In this document: piece after piece, positions 61,879 through 64,000 of the stretch
Numbering within the stretch: position 1 is the first letter of the stretch
How the letters are laid out: every line of letters begins with the position of its first letter
Origin: Candidatus Levyibacteriota bacterium
GTDB taxonomy: Bacteria > Patescibacteriota > Microgenomatia > Levybacterales > UBA12049
DNA length: 64,000 nucleotides
NCBI GenBank assembly: GCA_027334565.1
Contig: DAHWUP010000003.1
Span: 31,961-95,960 of the forward strand
Reading direction: 5' to 3'
Position numbers and translations under genes: made by a program
The notes under the pieces: model-generated
Told to the model about the DNA's origin: nothing
The model's input: only the letters and a program-made list of their open reading frames with translations
Databases searched by the model: none

Positions 61879-63079
61879 AGTAATTTACGTCGGTAAGGCG
61901 GTGGATCTAAAAAAAAGGGTCTCTTCGTACTTTTCTTCGAAGGATGTTGGTGATAAAACAAAACAACTGGTAAAAGAAATCAACAAGATCGACATAATTG
62001 AGGTTACTTCGGAGATCGAAGCATTCTTATTGGAAGAAAGATTAATCAAAAAATACAAACCGAAATACAACATCAGGTTAACCGACGGAAAATCATATTT
62101 AGGGTTAAAAATAACCGTAAAAGACAGATATCCTAAGGTACTTTTTACACGAAGAGTCGATAACGATCGTGCTGTTTACTTCGGACCTTATACGAGCGCT
62201 TCATCCTTAAAGACGGTTTTAAAATTGGTCAGAAAAATTTTTCCGTATCAATCGGTTCTGAACCATCCCGATAAATTGTGTTTATATCATCATCTGGGCC
62301 TTTGTCCTTGTCCCGGCGTAACCCGGGATCCAAATTATCGAAAAGATATCAATAATTTAATTGATTTTTTGAACGGTAAAACTATTAAAGTGATCAGATC
62401 ACTTGAGGAAACCAGAGATAACTACAGTAGAGACGAAAATTTTGAAGCAGCTGGTAAAATCCAATCTAAAATCGAAGCTATTGCATTAATAACCAGTCCT
62501 GTTTACAAACCGTTTGAATATGAAGTTAATCCGAATTTAAGGAGCGATATAATTACATCCCAGCTTGAATCACTAAAAAAAATATTATTTGATAATAATG
62601 TTAAAGTCGGTGATTTAAATAGGGTAGAGTGTTACGATATCTCCAATACTTCCGGTTTAAACGCAACGGGCTCGATGGTAGTTTTTACAAACGGCGAAAA
62701 AGACACCGCATCATACCGCAGATTTAAGATTAAAAATGATTATCATGGCAAACCCAACGACTTTGCCATGATGCAGGAAGTCATGGAACGAAGAATTAAA
62801 AGGACGCAGTGGCCAAAGCCTTCGCTGGTTATAGTTGACGGGGGGAAAGGGCAGGTGTCGAGTGTTAAAAAAATTTTTGATTCCTTGAATTACGAAGTAC
62901 CGCTGATCGGACTGGCAAAAAAGGACGAAATTATTATCACTTCCGAGCTAAAACAAGTAAAATTAAACAAAGATTCCGTGGCTTTACATTTTTTAATGCG
63001 CATCAGGGACGAAGCTCATCGTTTCGCGATCACTTATCATCGTAAATTACGTTCTAAAATATTTTTGTCCGATTGGTGA
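61796..63079 (+). CDS. uvrC: Excinuclease ABC subunit C (lacks C-terminal HhH domain)
   Basis: GIY-YIG domain ([30 protein letters not shown]), a UVR domain and an RNase H-like endonuclease region ([11 protein letters not shown]). 427 aa. Overlaps the upstream gene by 83 nt. Confidence 0.85.
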   Translation: [427 protein letters not shown]

Positions 63080-63973
63080 TCATTTTCGGGTTATATCGTA
63101 TACGTAAGGAAAATACAGAAAAGTTGCGGGCGGATCATCTAATAAATATTTTTGGAAATCTTCGTAAATGCTGATTCTTTGGTTAATGTCTGTGGTTTGT
63201 CTCCCGTCTTCCAATAGCTTATCTATTCTTAGATTTTTATAGTTTGAAATGTTATCCTGCTGGGTCGAATGCCAGAGGACGTATTGGTCGGGATCTTGCG
63301 GAACGTTGAATTCCCCTAAAAATGCCTGGAAATCCGTAGGAAGCCCCTGGACGGGTATTATTTGGACTTTTATGCCCAGCTTTTCCCATTGGGATTTAAG
63401 GATTCCGGCGACACCCATGTATTGCGGCAGGGTCTTAAGCGTAAGGATGAATCTTGCACTCTGGGAAGCGCTTAATGAATCCTGAATCAAAAGCCTTGCG
63501 TGTTCCATGTCATGTGAATAAGTGGATAATCCGTTCTTCGCCACCCATGAATTGGGGTTAAAGGGACCGTAATTGCGTAACCCTTGGGTAAAGCTGTCGG
63601 GGACCGCGTAAGATAGGGCATCCCTCAATCGCTTATCCGACAAATAGCTATCATTAACGTTATAGAATACCGTTACCAATTGGGAATAATCGATGCGTTT
63701 TCTATAGCTCACATTCGGAAATTGCGTCATATCTTTTTTGTTAAAATTCAAATTTTTAAGAGCGTAAACTTGGGAGATTTCACCCAGCATAAAAGCGGTT
63801 TTTAAAGATTCTTCGGTCGGATAAAACTGATAAGTAATTTCTTCTCCGCCGGATTTTACGGAGATCAAGCTGATCGATTCGACAAAATTACCGTTAAGAT
63901 TGATCGACTGCACCTTATATGTACCCGTACCGATAAAACCGTTCTTAAAAACCGGCTCCGAAACGGTAACCAA
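63080..63973 (-). CDS. ABC transporter substrate-binding protein, family 5 (peptide/nickel-type), N-terminally truncated by window edge
   Basis: C-terminal SBP_bac_5-like region. The ORF is open to the window end at 64000. Confidence 0.6.
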   Translation of the reverse strand: MVTVSEPVFKNGFIGTGTYKVQSINLNGNFVESISLISVKSGGEEITYQFYPTEESLKTAFMLGEISQVYALKNLNFNKKDMTQFPNVSYRKRIDYSQLVTVFYNVNDSYLSDKRLRDALSYAVPDSFTQGLRNYGPFNPNSWVAKNGLSTYSHDMEHARLLIQDSLSASQSARFILTLKTLPQYMGVAGILKSQWEKLGIKVQIIPVQGLPTDFQAFLGEFNVPQDPDQYVLWHSTQQDNISNYKNLRIDKLLEDGRQTTDINQRISIYEDFQKYLLDDPPATFLYFPYVYDITRK

Positions 63974-64000
63974 AAATGGTGCATATTTATTTTTTAAATT

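Overview
This is a 64-kb AT-rich (about 38% GC) bacterial chromosomal window. It is densely packed, with many 1-4 nt start/stop overlaps and TGA used as a stop (for example 6882-6884), so the standard code applies. Gene content and style fit a small-genome, Gram-positive-like or CPR/Patescibacteria-like organism, but this is an inference and no marker gene settles it. I found no CRISPR arrays, transposases or integrases.

The window breaks into four parts.

(1) 1-16.5 kb: a cell-surface glycosylation island. It holds a Dpm1-like GT2, an epimerase, a nucleotide-sugar dehydrogenase, two GT2+polytopic-membrane (GT-C-like) fusion proteins, a methyltransferase, a Wzx-like flippase, GT4, GT2, a GT-C-like membrane protein, a WaaL/O-antigen-ligase-like protein and an Ig-like surface protein.

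(2) 15.8-35.0 kb: one long minus-strand array. It contains tRNA-Thr, the full F1Fo ATP synthase operon atpBEFHAGDC, dnaE, a GGDEF diguanylate cyclase, gatCAB, the lipid II isoglutaminyl synthase pair murT/gatD, htpX, lemA and polX.

(3) 35-41 kb: tRNA-Asp, a LysM protein, tRNA-Gly, pyrG, rplS, a degraded yraN pseudogene (in-frame TGA plus frameshift), uvrB, and lexA transcribed divergently from uvrB.

(4) 41-64 kb: DedA, rsmI, eno, a PpsA-like dikinase whose phospho-histidine appears replaced by Met, PGI/PMI, PGM, a holA / HExxH-peptidase / ykuK triad, a GH5-like hydrolase, a RlmI-like methyltransferase, obg, a phosphodiester glycosidase, a CsaA-like tRNA-binding protein, tRNA-Glu, tRNA-Lys, a CBS-less IMPDH-family gene, uvrA, a transglutaminase-like protein, uvrC, and a partial solute-binding protein.

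Each of the five tRNAs has a near-consensus sigma70-type promoter immediately upstream.
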